Of a stretch of DNA of 64,000 nucleotides, positions 19,931-29,115 are shown piece after piece. The notes beneath the pieces were generated by a model. That model did no database searches and was not told the origin of the DNA. It worked only from the letters and a program-made list of their open reading frames with translations. Within the stretch, counting starts at the first letter, position 1. The number at the start of each line of letters is the position of its first letter. Origin of the DNA: Chloroflexota bacterium (lineage in GTDB: Bacteria > Chloroflexota > UBA11872 > UBA12225 > JAJDUF01); contig OZ250185.1 in the NCBI GenBank assembly GCA_965238265.1, positions 4,217,497 through 4,281,496 on the forward strand, given 5' to 3'. The translations under genes and the position numbers were made by a program.

Positions 19931-21292
19931 CTACGGCCAGCGTGATGCCGCCAGGAGCGGCGCCAGGGCGTCTGCCGCCGACTGTACCACCCTACCCACC
20001 GGTGTATGACCGTCTAATGCTGGTCCCAGCTCGCGATTGAGGATCCGCTCTATCTCCGGCCAGCGGCTCGGATAGGGTGGCACTGCGCCATAGGTCCCCG
20101 TCTCGATAAAGGTCCGGAGCGCCCGTATCAGGCTCGGCGTCTCCCGCCATTGCTCCCACAGTGTCCGCCCCGCCAGTGTATCCCGCCAGACGGGCAAGCC
20201 GGCGCCGTCCGCGGCCACGATCTCCTGTCCCGCATCCGTCACCAGGGCGACTAGCGCCCGACGCGCCGCATCCGGCTGCGCCGCCGCCCCCGTCAAAAGC
20301 AGAGCATCCGAGCGTAGCAGGGTCGTGCGCCGCACGCCGCGGGGCAGGGGCCGCGCCGCATGGCCGGCTGCCAGCGCTTGGCCCACTGTGCGCCAGGTCG
20401 GTTCCACCATGACGATAGCACCGGCGCTGCCCTCGGCGGAGGGAACGGGCGCAACGCGTTGCGCCCCTCCGGTGGTCGGCTGCGGCGTCGTGCGCCACTC
20501 GGCATAGCTGTACAGAGCAGCTACGGCAGCCGGCTCGGTGAGTGCCGTGGACGTAGCGCCGTGCCGCCATAACGCGGCGTGGTTCAGCCAGAGCCACGGC
20601 AGCCAATCCGACCAGCGTGTACTGCCCCGAAAGGGTGGCGGTCCCGGAACATTTGCCGTTGCCAGCTCCTGAAACCGCGCGATAGCGGCCTCCATTGCCG
20701 ATAGAGACCAGCGGTCGTCCCGCCAGTGGTCGGGCGGCAGCTTTAGCTCGGCCCGTTGCCAGGCAGCGCTGTCGAGCAGCAACGCGGTGCCTCGCCAGCG
20801 CCAGGGCAAGCCGTACAGCACTCCTTCGAGGCTCAACGCTCCGAACAGACGATGGACGAAGCGGTCGCGGGTAGGCGCGTTCTTGCCGCGCAAGAGGTCG
20901 GCCGTCGCCGCCAGGCCACCCGTCGCCGCCAGCTGCGTCACGTGGGAGTCCGGCACCGCCAGCAGGCCGGCCGGCTCGCCGGCGGCGAGTGACCGAGCAG
21001 CATCGTCAATCCCGACTACCTCCGGCGCCAGCGGCACGGCCGGCTCCCGCTCGGCCAGCCGCGCTGCCAGCTTTGGCCAGAGCTGCCCGTCGGTGGGCTG
21101 TGTCGCCACGGCACCGAGCGGCACCGGAGTTGGCGGACCGGTAGGAGCCGCTTGCTCCGAGCGGGTGACGCTACTCCACAGCGCAGCCCCAACCGCGCTG
21201 CCGCCGGCGATGACGACCACGCCCCCCGCTCCGAGCAGCGCCCGCCGCCTGCGGCGGCGCGTCAGCAGCCCGCGAGCCGGCCGGTTACTCAT
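19931..21292 (-). CDS. Extracellular solute-binding protein (sugar ABC type, divergent) with Arg-rich Tat-like signal
   Basis: LTRRRRRRALLG signal, GVLYGLPW, P...W..D, C-terminal LGPALDG; ATGA overlap with the upstream GNAT gene. Confidence 0.65.
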   Translation of the reverse strand: MSNRPARGLLTRRRRRRALLGAGGVVVIAGGSAVGAALWSSVTRSEQAAPTGPPTPVPLGAVATQPTDGQLWPKLAARLAEREPAVPLAPEVVGIDDAARSLAAGEPAGLLAVPDSHVTQLAATGGLAATADLLRGKNAPTRDRFVHRLFGALSLEGVLYGLPWRWRGTALLLDSAAWQRAELKLPPDHWRDDRWSLSAMEAAIARFQELATANVPGPPPFRGSTRWSDWLPWLWLNHAALWRHGATSTALTEPAAVAALYSYAEWRTTPQPTTGGAQRVAPVPSAEGSAGAIVMVEPTWRTVGQALAAGHAARPLPRGVRRTTLLRSDALLLTGAAAQPDAARRALVALVTDAGQEIVAADGAGLPVWRDTLAGRTLWEQWRETPSLIRALRTFIETGTYGAVPPYPSRWPEIERILNRELGPALDGHTPVGRVVQSAADALAPLLAASRWP

Positions 21293-21903
21293 GCGCCGTC
21301 GGTTCCATGCGATGGAGACGAGCCAAGCCGCGCGATGACCGCCGCCCACCGCGCCCGATGGTCGTCCCCCGGCGCCGCATCGGGTGGGTAAAGCGGCTCC
21401 AGGCCCAACGACAGGTAGGCGCGGATGGCCGAGCGCCGCCAATCATCGGTCCGCAAGCGCGCCGAGCGAAAGCCGTGTTGCCGCATGTAGCGCAGCACGG
21501 CGAGCGTCACAACCCGCCCGAGGCCGTGGCCGCGGTGCTCCGGGAGCACACAGACCATGTGGACAAGGCCCTCGTCTTGCTCGTTCGGGTGGTCGGTCCA
21601 GGCACAGGCAGAGCCAATCGCGGGGCCGGCCGCGTCTTGCACCGTGGCGAAGAACAGGCCGTCGGGGCGGAATTGCGGTCGCCCGGTCAGGTGCTCTACA
21701 CAGCGCGCCGCCGTCCAGTCGCTGCCGATACCGGTATTCATGATCGTCGCCCACGCCGCCTCGTCTCCACGACGATAGGGGCGCAGGGCATACCCGGACA
21801 GCACGACGAGCCGGGGCAATCCGTCGAGGTTGGGCCGGCGCATCATAAGTTGCTGGCGCTCAGTTGCCGGCGACATTGGCTCCTCGGTTGGCGTTGCTTG
21901 CAC
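21289..21903 (-). CDS. GNAT family N-acetyltransferase
   Basis: VCVLPEHRGHGLG and TDDWRRSAIRAYLSLG; start may be a downstream ATG. Confidence 0.85.
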   Translation of the reverse strand: MQATPTEEPMSPATERQQLMMRRPNLDGLPRLVVLSGYALRPYRRGDEAAWATIMNTGIGSDWTAARCVEHLTGRPQFRPDGLFFATVQDAAGPAIGSACAWTDHPNEQDEGLVHMVCVLPEHRGHGLGRVVTLAVLRYMRQHGFRSARLRTDDWRRSAIRAYLSLGLEPLYPPDAAPGDDHRARWAAVIARLGSSPSHGTDGA

Positions 21904-22079
21904 AGGCGCAGCGGGCTGCGTAGCCCCTCCCGTAGAGGCGTCCGGTCGAACGCCTTAGCGGGATGCTGCTACCCTCGCCAAGATGGTAGCAAGCGGCGCG
22001 CGGCTGACAGATTGGGGTAGCTACGCTAGATTTAGGCGGACGACGACAGGGTGAGATGACACGGTGAAGGGATAGCCGC

Positions 22080-23774
22080 ATGGCTCGCACCGACTACGCC
22101 GCGATCCTGGCCGACCTGCCGCGAGAGCGCACGCAGCTCTTGCCGGCGCTGCGGGCAATCCACGCTGCCGAATCCTATCTCTCGGCCGAGGGGCTACGCG
22201 CCGTCTCCCGGCACCTCTTTGTGCCGGAAAGCACCGTCTACGGCATTGCGACCAGCTACAACGAGCTGCGTCTGGAGCAGCCGCACGGCCGGGTCGTCGG
22301 TGTCTGCACCTGCCTCAGCTGTCGCCAACATGGGGCGCACGAGCTACTGGCCGCGGCCCGCAGCCTCGCGGACGAGGTTGGTGGCTGCACCGTGGTCGAG
22401 CACGAGTGTCTGTTCATCTGCGACGCCGGTCCCGTGGCCGAGGTAGACGGACGCTGCATCACCGGCGCCACGCCGGAGATTCTGCGCGCCGCCCTGGCGT
22501 CGCCGGAGCCGCCGTCTCATCCCGTCCGTCCGGTCCGCGCCGCCCGGCCGCCGGAAGTGCGCCGCGTGCTGCGACGGTGCGCGGCGGTTGATCCCCTCTC
22601 CCTGGATTCCGCGCGTGCCGCTGGTGGCTATCAGGCCCTAGAGCGGGCGCAGGCGTTGGGACCGGAGGCAGTGATCGCGCTGATCGAGGCGGCTGGCCTG
22701 CGTGGTCGTGGGGGCGCCTATTTCCCGCTGGCAATCAAGTTGCAGACGGCGCATCAGTACGCCGGCCCGCGCTACTACGTGGTGAACGCCGAAGAGGGGG
22801 AGCCGGGGGTCTCCAAGGACCGTTACCTCATGGAATATGATCCGCACTTGCTCGTGGAAGGGATGCAGATTGCGGCCCTCGCCCTCGAAGCCGCGCGCAT
22901 CTATCTCTACATCAACGGGCAGGCTGATCTCTCCGCCGAACGGATGGGGATGGCACTGGCACAGGCGCAAGCCAGCGGCCTCCTGCCGGTCCCGGTCGAG
23001 GTGCGGCGCGGCGCTGGCGGCTACGTGTGCGGCGAGGAGTCGGTCATCCTCAACAGCATCGAGGGCGACCGGGCCGAGCCGCGGCTGAAGCCACCCCTGC
23101 CCGTCGAGCGGGGGCTATGGGGCCAGCCGACCGTCATCAGCAACGTCGAGACCCTGTGCAACGTGCCGCTGCTCGTGCAGCAGGGCCGCGAGTGGTATCG
23201 CTCCGTAGGAACCGACGACTTCCCCGGCACCAAAGTCATCAGTCTCGGCGGGGCCGTGCGCCGGCCGGGCACCTACGAAGTGCCGTTCGGCACGACCATC
23301 CGTACCGTCGTCGAAGAATTGGGCGGCGGCGCCCGCGACGGCCAAGCGATTCAGGCCGTGCTGTGTGGTGGACCATCGGGAGGCCTGATCCCGGCCGACC
23401 GGCTGGATATTCCCATCGCCGGCGGTCCGCTCGCCGACACTCACGCGATGCTCGGCGCCGGCGGGATAGTGGCCATTGACGACCGCCTACCCATCATCGC
23501 GGCCGTCGAGCACTTGTCAGCGTACAACGCCCGCGAATCGTGCGGGAAGTGTACGCCCTGCCGCGAAGGCATGGCGCACATGACCCGTCTCATCGGCTCG
23601 GTGCGTCGCGGCACAGCGGACGCGCTGGCGCTGGCCCAGTTGGACGCGCTACCCGAAGTCATCACCGCGGCCTCGCTGTGCGGCCTCGGCCAAGCCGCCC
23701 CGATGCCCTATCTCAGCCTCTGCCGCAGCTTCCCGGACGAGCTAAGGCCGCGGAACCCTTGCCCAAACGATTGA
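22080..23774 (+). CDS. NuoE-NuoF (diaphorase-type) fusion: 2Fe-2S, FMN/NAD and 4Fe-4S domains
   Basis: CTCLSC...CLFICD; GLRGRGGAYFP; EGEPG; YVCGEES; ESCGKCTPCREG; SLCGLG. Confidence 0.88.
   Translation: MARTDYAAILADLPRERTQLLPALRAIHAAESYLSAEGLRAVSRHLFVPESTVYGIATSYNELRLEQPHGRVVGVCTCLSCRQHGAHELLAAARSLADEVGGCTVVEHECLFICDAGPVAEVDGRCITGATPEILRAALASPEPPSHPVRPVRAARPPEVRRVLRRCAAVDPLSLDSARAAGGYQALERAQALGPEAVIALIEAAGLRGRGGAYFPLAIKLQTAHQYAGPRYYVVNAEEGEPGVSKDRYLMEYDPHLLVEGMQIAALALEAARIYLYINGQADLSAERMGMALAQAQASGLLPVPVEVRRGAGGYVCGEESVILNSIEGDRAEPRLKPPLPVERGLWGQPTVISNVETLCNVPLLVQQGREWYRSVGTDDFPGTKVISLGGAVRRPGTYEVPFGTTIRTVVEELGGGARDGQAIQAVLCGGPSGGLIPADRLDIPIAGGPLADTHAMLGAGGIVAIDDRLPIIAAVEHLSAYNARESCGKCTPCREGMAHMTRLIGSVRRGTADALALAQLDALPEVITAASLCGLGQAAPMPYLSLCRSFPDELRPRNPCPND
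23722..23744 (+). repeat. 23-bp direct repeat, second copy at 24445-24467 (att-like)
   Basis: GCCGCAGCTTCCCGGACGAGCTA versus GCCGCAACTTCCCGGACGAGCTA, one mismatch. Confidence 0.8.
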
Positions 23775-24055
23775 CTTCAGCCATGAAGTCCGCTTCGAGA
23801 TTTCGCTGCTGGGCCATCAGAGACCTTGCCAGAGCACTCAGGGACGGCTTGTCCGGTCGTTCGGCTACTGCTCGCTCTACCCGAGCCAACGTAGCACTCG
23901 TCTCTTCCAGCCGCTCTTGTAGCTCTAGGAGCCTAGTCATGGAGTATCTCCGATCAGCTCAATGACGGCTATGCCCTTGGGCGTCCGACCACGAGAATGA
24001 CCAAACAAATTACTCCAGTAGTCACGCCTCTGCTTTCCCAGTAAGTAGTCAGGAT
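23762..24055 (-). pseudogene. Diverged partial copy of the 24532-25964 cassette (3' end of NTase plus 5' end of partner)
   Basis: Aligns to about 25288-25582. Confidence 0.85.
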
Positions 24056-24153
24056 GCCCTCCCATGTTTTCCACCACTTTCCGAATGGGCAGAGGCGGCA
24101 ATGCAGAGGCACAGGTGGCTACGTTGCAGACATAAATACGCTATACTTCAGGC

Positions 24154-24432
24154 ATGGCTGACAAAAGCTTCACGGTCAGCTTGCCAGCCCGCATCCTGGC
24201 AACGTTCGGCTGGAACGAGTCCGAGGCGTCCCGGCGCATAAGCGAGACGCTGGTCATGGAACTGCTGCGCCTGAACCGCCTCACCGAAGCGGAGGCCGCA
24301 GCCGTGCTCGGCCTGGACAGGTGGGCCCTGCTTGATGTTATGGCGGCGCACCACGTCCCCGCAGTCAGTCTATCTCCTGACGAATGGCACGAGGAGCTCG
24401 CAAGGCCGCTTGATGGCGCAGAGCCGCGGTGA
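24154..24432 (+). CDS. UPF0175-family putative antitoxin
   Basis: LVMELLRLNRLTEAEAAAVLGLDRWALLDVMAAHHVP; TATACT 6 nt before ATG; followed by GTG ATA GTG TCC GAC AGC, the start of a truncated PIN-type partner. Confidence 0.75.
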   Translation: MADKSFTVSLPARILATFGWNESEASRRISETLVMELLRLNRLTEAEAAAVLGLDRWALLDVMAAHHVPAVSLSPDEWHEELARPLDGAEPR

Positions 24433-24531
24433 TAGTGTCCGACAGCCGCAACTTCCCGGACGAGCTACCCCGGCGCTAGCCCAATGCTCCACCCGTAAGC
24501 GCCCCGCTGGGAGGCAATTCCGGGCAATAGC

Positions 24532-25467
24532 TCAAGACAACTCCTCTAGTCGCTCGAGATGGTATTCCGCTTCCTCTTCATCTGTTGAGTACCGGACTCT
24601 TTCGACTTTAGTAATGTCTGCCCGGTAGCGATGTCCAGGAAGTTCTACTCTATGGGAATCACTTATAGCATCCTCGTAAGAACCGCGTATTATGTCACCG
24701 GATTCTCCTCGCAATTTGAACCTTCTTACCTCAACGTCGACGGACAGAAGTTCTCCGTATACCGAGAATTCTACCTTTTCTTCATCACTTGTCTCTTCTA
24801 TCATCCGACACAGTTTTTCAAGCTCCGGTTGCTGTGCTAGTAAACTAGCTCGAACAGTGCTTTCGCGCCTCCATTCGATGTCTACGCCGAGACCTGCCTG
24901 GGCGTGACCGGATGCCCACTTGTGCATTGCTCGAATTGAGGCAAGGCCTAGCTTCTTGGTGAACACACGGATGTCAGATATGTGGCTAACTTTTGCTAGT
25001 GAGAATAGTTGTCTCATTGATTCGTCCAGGTGACTATCAAGAATAAGCCTTCTTGCATTAGGAATGGTGAGAACGACACCTAATGATCCAGAAAAAGTAT
25101 ATCCGAAGTTAAAGGAAGATTCAGACTTGATATGTGCAGCCGGTTTTGCTCGTTCTTTCGGAACGGAAGTTTTTTGGGAGTCGTAGACAACTGTCACCAA
25201 AGATTGAAAGTCTACTAGCCCTTGTGCAAGTGGATTCAGCGGGAGATATCCACTATCGCTAAAGATTCGATAGCTACAGACATCCATTCCCAAGCGATTG
25301 GCTTCAACTGCGAAGTCGGCCTCGAGATTTCGCTGCTGGGCCATCAGAGACCTTGCCAGAGCACTCAGGGACGGCTTGTCCGGTTGTTCGGCTACTGCTC
25401 GCTCTACCCGAGCCAACGTAGCACGAGTCTCTTGCAGTTGCTCTTGTAGCTCTAGGAGTCTAGTCAT
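24532..25467 (-). CDS. Uncharacterised 311-aa protein (N-terminal coiled coil, C-terminal beta-rich domain)
   Basis: Long ORF in AT-richer DNA; ATGA-coupled to the upstream NTase-like gene. Confidence 0.8.
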   Translation of the reverse strand: MTRLLELQEQLQETRATLARVERAVAEQPDKPSLSALARSLMAQQRNLEADFAVEANRLGMDVCSYRIFSDSGYLPLNPLAQGLVDFQSLVTVVYDSQKTSVPKERAKPAAHIKSESSFNFGYTFSGSLGVVLTIPNARRLILDSHLDESMRQLFSLAKVSHISDIRVFTKKLGLASIRAMHKWASGHAQAGLGVDIEWRRESTVRASLLAQQPELEKLCRMIEETSDEEKVEFSVYGELLSVDVEVRRFKLRGESGDIIRGSYEDAISDSHRVELPGHRYRADITKVERVRYSTDEEEAEYHLERLEELS

Positions 25468-25964
25468 GGCGTATCTCCGGCCAGTTCAATGACCGCTATA
25501 CCCTTGGGTGTCCGACCACGGGAATAGCCAAACAAGTTACTCCAGTAGTCACGCCTCTGCTTTCCCAGTAAGTAGTTAGGATCGTTCTCAGGAAACTCAG
25601 GGAAAACATAGCTATCGCAAAGATTGTATTCTTTCAAGTTCTCACCTATCCAGTCTATTGTCCTCCTTTGCTCAATCGTCCCATCATCGTACACCGATGA
25701 TGGGACTCGCAGCACAATGTCAACGTCACCAGGATTGATCTTCTCCGTCAGGAAACTCCCGTCAACCCAGAGTTCGCCAGCCACTTGATAGGCGCTCAAC
25801 CTCTCGACAACTTCCGCAAGTCCCGCCATGATCTTGGCGCGTGTCTTGGATAGAGGAAAGCTATCTACACAGTATCGCCGTAACACCTCAACTGACATTG
25901 GGTATCTACCTTCAGATAGCAGCGGCGGAAACTCATCCGCACTCGATGGGACCCCTCCTGTCAT
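25464..25964 (-). CDS. Pol-beta-like nucleotidyltransferase-fold protein (DUF6932-like)
   Basis: ELWVDGSFLTEKINPGDVDIV (GS...DxD), LL..G.Y N-terminus, PKGI C-terminus. Confidence 0.75.
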   Translation of the reverse strand: MTGGVPSSADEFPPLLSEGRYPMSVEVLRRYCVDSFPLSKTRAKIMAGLAEVVERLSAYQVAGELWVDGSFLTEKINPGDVDIVLRVPSSVYDDGTIEQRRTIDWIGENLKEYNLCDSYVFPEFPENDPNYLLGKQRRDYWSNLFGYSRGRTPKGIAVIELAGDTP

Positions 25965-26097
25965 GAAGCCATATGGTAATCTGACCTCAATGCGGTGTCA
26001 AATGAGTCGCAGGGTGGCCTACTACCAATCGTAGCTCCCAGTGGAACTTAAGTGCTATTATACTCCTAGCGACCACATATTGCGACCACAGGTTCTC

Positions 26098-27831
26098 TCA
26101 GCGCACCCGCGCCCGGGAGAGCGAGGCGGCGCCGGGGAGGTCGTCCATGAGGGCCGGTTCGATCCCCTCGATGCCCGCGCGGACCAGGATCAGCCGCTCT
26201 TCATGGACGAGGAAGATCGCTGGCGATTCTTGCATGAGTAGGTGCTGCGCGGTGTGGTACAAACGCAGCCGCTCCGCCTCCGTCGGCGCCTCTTCCGCTG
26301 CCCGCCAGAGCCGGTCGAACACCCGGCTCGACCAGCCGGTGCGGTTGGCGAGTTTCCCCTCGCCAAACGTCAGCCAGAACCACGCCTCGGGATCGGGGTA
26401 GGTACTGCGCCAACCGCTCAACGCCAACTCGAAGTCTTTCTTCTCCAACACATGCGCGTACCGGAACGGGTCAAGTGGGTCGAGCCTGATCCAGATACCG
26501 AGCGCATAGGCCAGCTGGTCACGAATGGCGAACGCCAGCCGCGTCGGTTGCGGCAGCGCCGGGTAGCGGAGCGTGAACCGCGGCAGGTCCTGGCCGCCAA
26601 AACCGGGCCCCCACGGCACGTTCCAGTCCGCTGCCGCCAGCATCAGCAGGGCGGCGGTCGCGTCGGCCTCGCGGCCAACTGCCGCGCCAGGATTGTGCCC
26701 CGGCACACCCGGCGGCAGCAGGCCGTAGGCCGCCTGCCCGACCCCGCCGCGCGCGTTCCGAATAATCGCCTGGCGATCCAGGGCATACGATAGTGCTCGC
26801 CGCACCTCAACCGTATCGAGCGGCTCCTTGGTGACGTTCAGACTGAGCCAGGTCGTTTGCGGGAGCGGCTGGCGGAGCACGCGCGCTCCCGCCGGGCTGT
26901 CGGCCAGCACCTCCGCCGCCCGCTCCGGCGGCACCACGACGATGTCCCGGCGGCCGGCGCGGAAGCGGGTCAGGGCATCCTCTCCGTTCGCCAGCGACGC
27001 GCTATACGGCAGGTGAAGCTCTAGCGCGACCGCCGGCGGCCCGCCCCAATAGTGCGGGTTCGGATCGAGGCGCAAGACCTCGCCCTGGTGCCAGCCGGTG
27101 AGCCGGAAGGGGCCGTTCCCGACGTGCAGCGGTAGCTCCGTCGTTCCCGCTGCGCGCTCGCCGCGCGGCGACGGGGCATCGGCTCGGTAGGGGACGGCGC
27201 CCGGGAGGGCGGCGATCATCGGCAGGTAGGGCGCCGGATTGTCCGTCGTGATCTGCAACGTGCGGTCATCGAGCGCCTGAATACCCACGGCCGCCGGATT
27301 AACGATGAGGTTCACGCGAAAGAAGCGGGCGTTTTTCACGACCTGGAAGGGCCGACTCAGCTCATCGGGAATCTCCCGCGTCATCATGCGGAGCCAGCCG
27401 TCGCGGACCTGCGCCGCCGTGACCGGTTGGCCATCGCTCCACCGCGCATCGGCCCGCAGCGTGAACGTCCAGACCGTATTGTCGGCGTTGCTCTGTACGC
27501 TCTCGGCCAAGGCCGGCTGCGGACGCAGCTCCGTATCGAACCGTAGCAGCGGCTCGTAGAGCTGGCGCACGACGGCGATCTCGTCCGGTCCCACCGCGCG
27601 CTGTGGATCGAGCGTATGCGGCTCCGCCGCCAGCTCCAGGCGCAGCGCGGGCAGCGCTGCCGCCGGCACCGTCGCGATAGCGCCGTCCGCATGCACCGCC
27701 GGAGCAGGCAGGAGGACGCTCACCAGCGCCGCGATGATGCCGAGGTGCAGCCACCAGGACACAGCCGACCAGCGGTGCGCGGCCTGACGGGCACGATCCC
27801 TGCTTGCGAGCGGCATCCAAGCGTCAACCAT
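26098..27831 (-). CDS. Peptide/nickel ABC transporter substrate-binding protein (OppA-like)
   Basis: EPHTLDP, LYEPL, WTFTLRADARWSDGQPVTA, GNGPF, VRRALSYALDR; no adjacent permeases. Confidence 0.88.
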   Translation of the reverse strand: MVDAWMPLASRDRARQAAHRWSAVSWWLHLGIIAALVSVLLPAPAVHADGAIATVPAAALPALRLELAAEPHTLDPQRAVGPDEIAVVRQLYEPLLRFDTELRPQPALAESVQSNADNTVWTFTLRADARWSDGQPVTAAQVRDGWLRMMTREIPDELSRPFQVVKNARFFRVNLIVNPAAVGIQALDDRTLQITTDNPAPYLPMIAALPGAVPYRADAPSPRGERAAGTTELPLHVGNGPFRLTGWHQGEVLRLDPNPHYWGGPPAVALELHLPYSASLANGEDALTRFRAGRRDIVVVPPERAAEVLADSPAGARVLRQPLPQTTWLSLNVTKEPLDTVEVRRALSYALDRQAIIRNARGGVGQAAYGLLPPGVPGHNPGAAVGREADATAALLMLAAADWNVPWGPGFGGQDLPRFTLRYPALPQPTRLAFAIRDQLAYALGIWIRLDPLDPFRYAHVLEKKDFELALSGWRSTYPDPEAWFWLTFGEGKLANRTGWSSRVFDRLWRAAEEAPTEAERLRLYHTAQHLLMQESPAIFLVHEERLILVRAGIEGIEPALMDDLPGAASLSRARVR

Positions 27832-27936
27832 CAGTGCTAGTATAGGATCATGTCGCAAGCGAGGCTGCCCCTCACCCCCATCCTTCCTACGGAGGGACTC
27901 CCCCTCTCCACCACGTGGTGGAGAGGGGGCCGGGGG

Positions 27937-29049
27937 ATGAGGCGGCTGACGCTCCGGTTGCTCATCGCGCTGCTGGCGACCGTACTGGCGAGTCTCCGGC
28001 TGGCGCCGGCAGCCCTGCACGCGCAGAGCCTCGCTCCGGCCGACACCGCAGCAGCAGCGGGCCGGCAGCAGGTGGTGAAGGTACCGGATCGAGAGGCGCT
28101 ATGGCTGATCGAGCCGGGCGGGCAGCGTCGCTGGGTTGCCGACCGTCAGAGCCTCCAGGCACGGGGGCTGCACGCCGACGACGTAGCACTCGTCAGCCCG
28201 TCCTGGCTCCGGCAGTGGCCGGTAGGTCCGGCGCTGGTTGCGCCGGGGTCGCTCCGGCAGGACCCGGGAACGGGCCAGGTGTACCTTGTCGCCGCCGGTC
28301 AGCGGCGCTGGATTCCGGACCTCTTGACCTTCCGTGGGCTGGGCTTGGCGTGGTCGCAGGTGCGCCCGGCCACGGTCGCGGAGCTGCAAGGGGTGGCGGC
28401 CGGCCCGGCTTTGCCCTGGATTGTCACGGGCTGGGCCTCACCGTCCGAAACCGCACCACCGTTGCCGTACCTCGGCGCGGCGCCGCACCGCTTCACGTCC
28501 GAGCCAGAACCGGAGCAGCGCACCGTTGACCCCCGATTCCTCCCGGCGCTGGCGCTGATGCGCTCCTTCGCGCCTACCAGCCAGTGGCCCGAGTTTCTGG
28601 AGCGCGCGGGCGTGTCGCTGCTCGTCGAGGAGGACGATAGGTCCCTCTTGCCACAATACAGCGAGCTGAATAACGTCATCGCCTTTGGCGCCGGATTCGT
28701 TGAGGGAGAGTCGGCCGACAGCCTCGCTGCGGCCCTGATTAAGCAGACCGTCCACGCGATCTCTTTTCATCGCTACTGGCACGAGATCAGCGGTCGGTCC
28801 TGTATCAGAGAGCAGGCGATTGCCTTCGGCTGGGAAGCGGTATTTTGGGCGAGCCGGCATGGGCTGGAGGGCCAGCCTGGCGAGACAACGGCGCTTGCCA
28901 ATCTGCACAACCTGACGCTGGAATGGGCGCTCGACGACCGGCTCGACGGCGCCTTGCTGGCACACTTCGGCTATCAGGTAAGCTGCTACTTCCCCGGCGC
29001 CTTCCAGTCTATTGACGAAGAAGGCTCCGACTACGGAACGCTGTATTAG
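27937..29049 (+). CDS. Secreted hypothetical protein with two RRW(V/I).D...GL repeats and a zincin-like C-terminus
   Basis: Signal peptide MRRLTLRLLIALLA; repeat motif twice; LAAALIKQTVH...E..A. Confidence 0.65.
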   Translation: MRRLTLRLLIALLATVLASLRLAPAALHAQSLAPADTAAAAGRQQVVKVPDREALWLIEPGGQRRWVADRQSLQARGLHADDVALVSPSWLRQWPVGPALVAPGSLRQDPGTGQVYLVAAGQRRWIPDLLTFRGLGLAWSQVRPATVAELQGVAAGPALPWIVTGWASPSETAPPLPYLGAAPHRFTSEPEPEQRTVDPRFLPALALMRSFAPTSQWPEFLERAGVSLLVEEDDRSLLPQYSELNNVIAFGAGFVEGESADSLAAALIKQTVHAISFHRYWHEISGRSCIREQAIAFGWEAVFWASRHGLEGQPGETTALANLHNLTLEWALDDRLDGALLAHFGYQVSCYFPGAFQSIDEEGSDYGTLY

Positions 29050-29115
29050 GTGTTGTAGGGGCAACCCTTGTGGGTGCCCAAGTTTCCCGCACCTGAAAAG
29101 GGTACCCCGGCACGG

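Noticed and set aside
23713-23940. 75-aa ORF as an independent gene
   Set aside because: Truncated 5' fragment of the 311-aa gene running antisense into nuoEF
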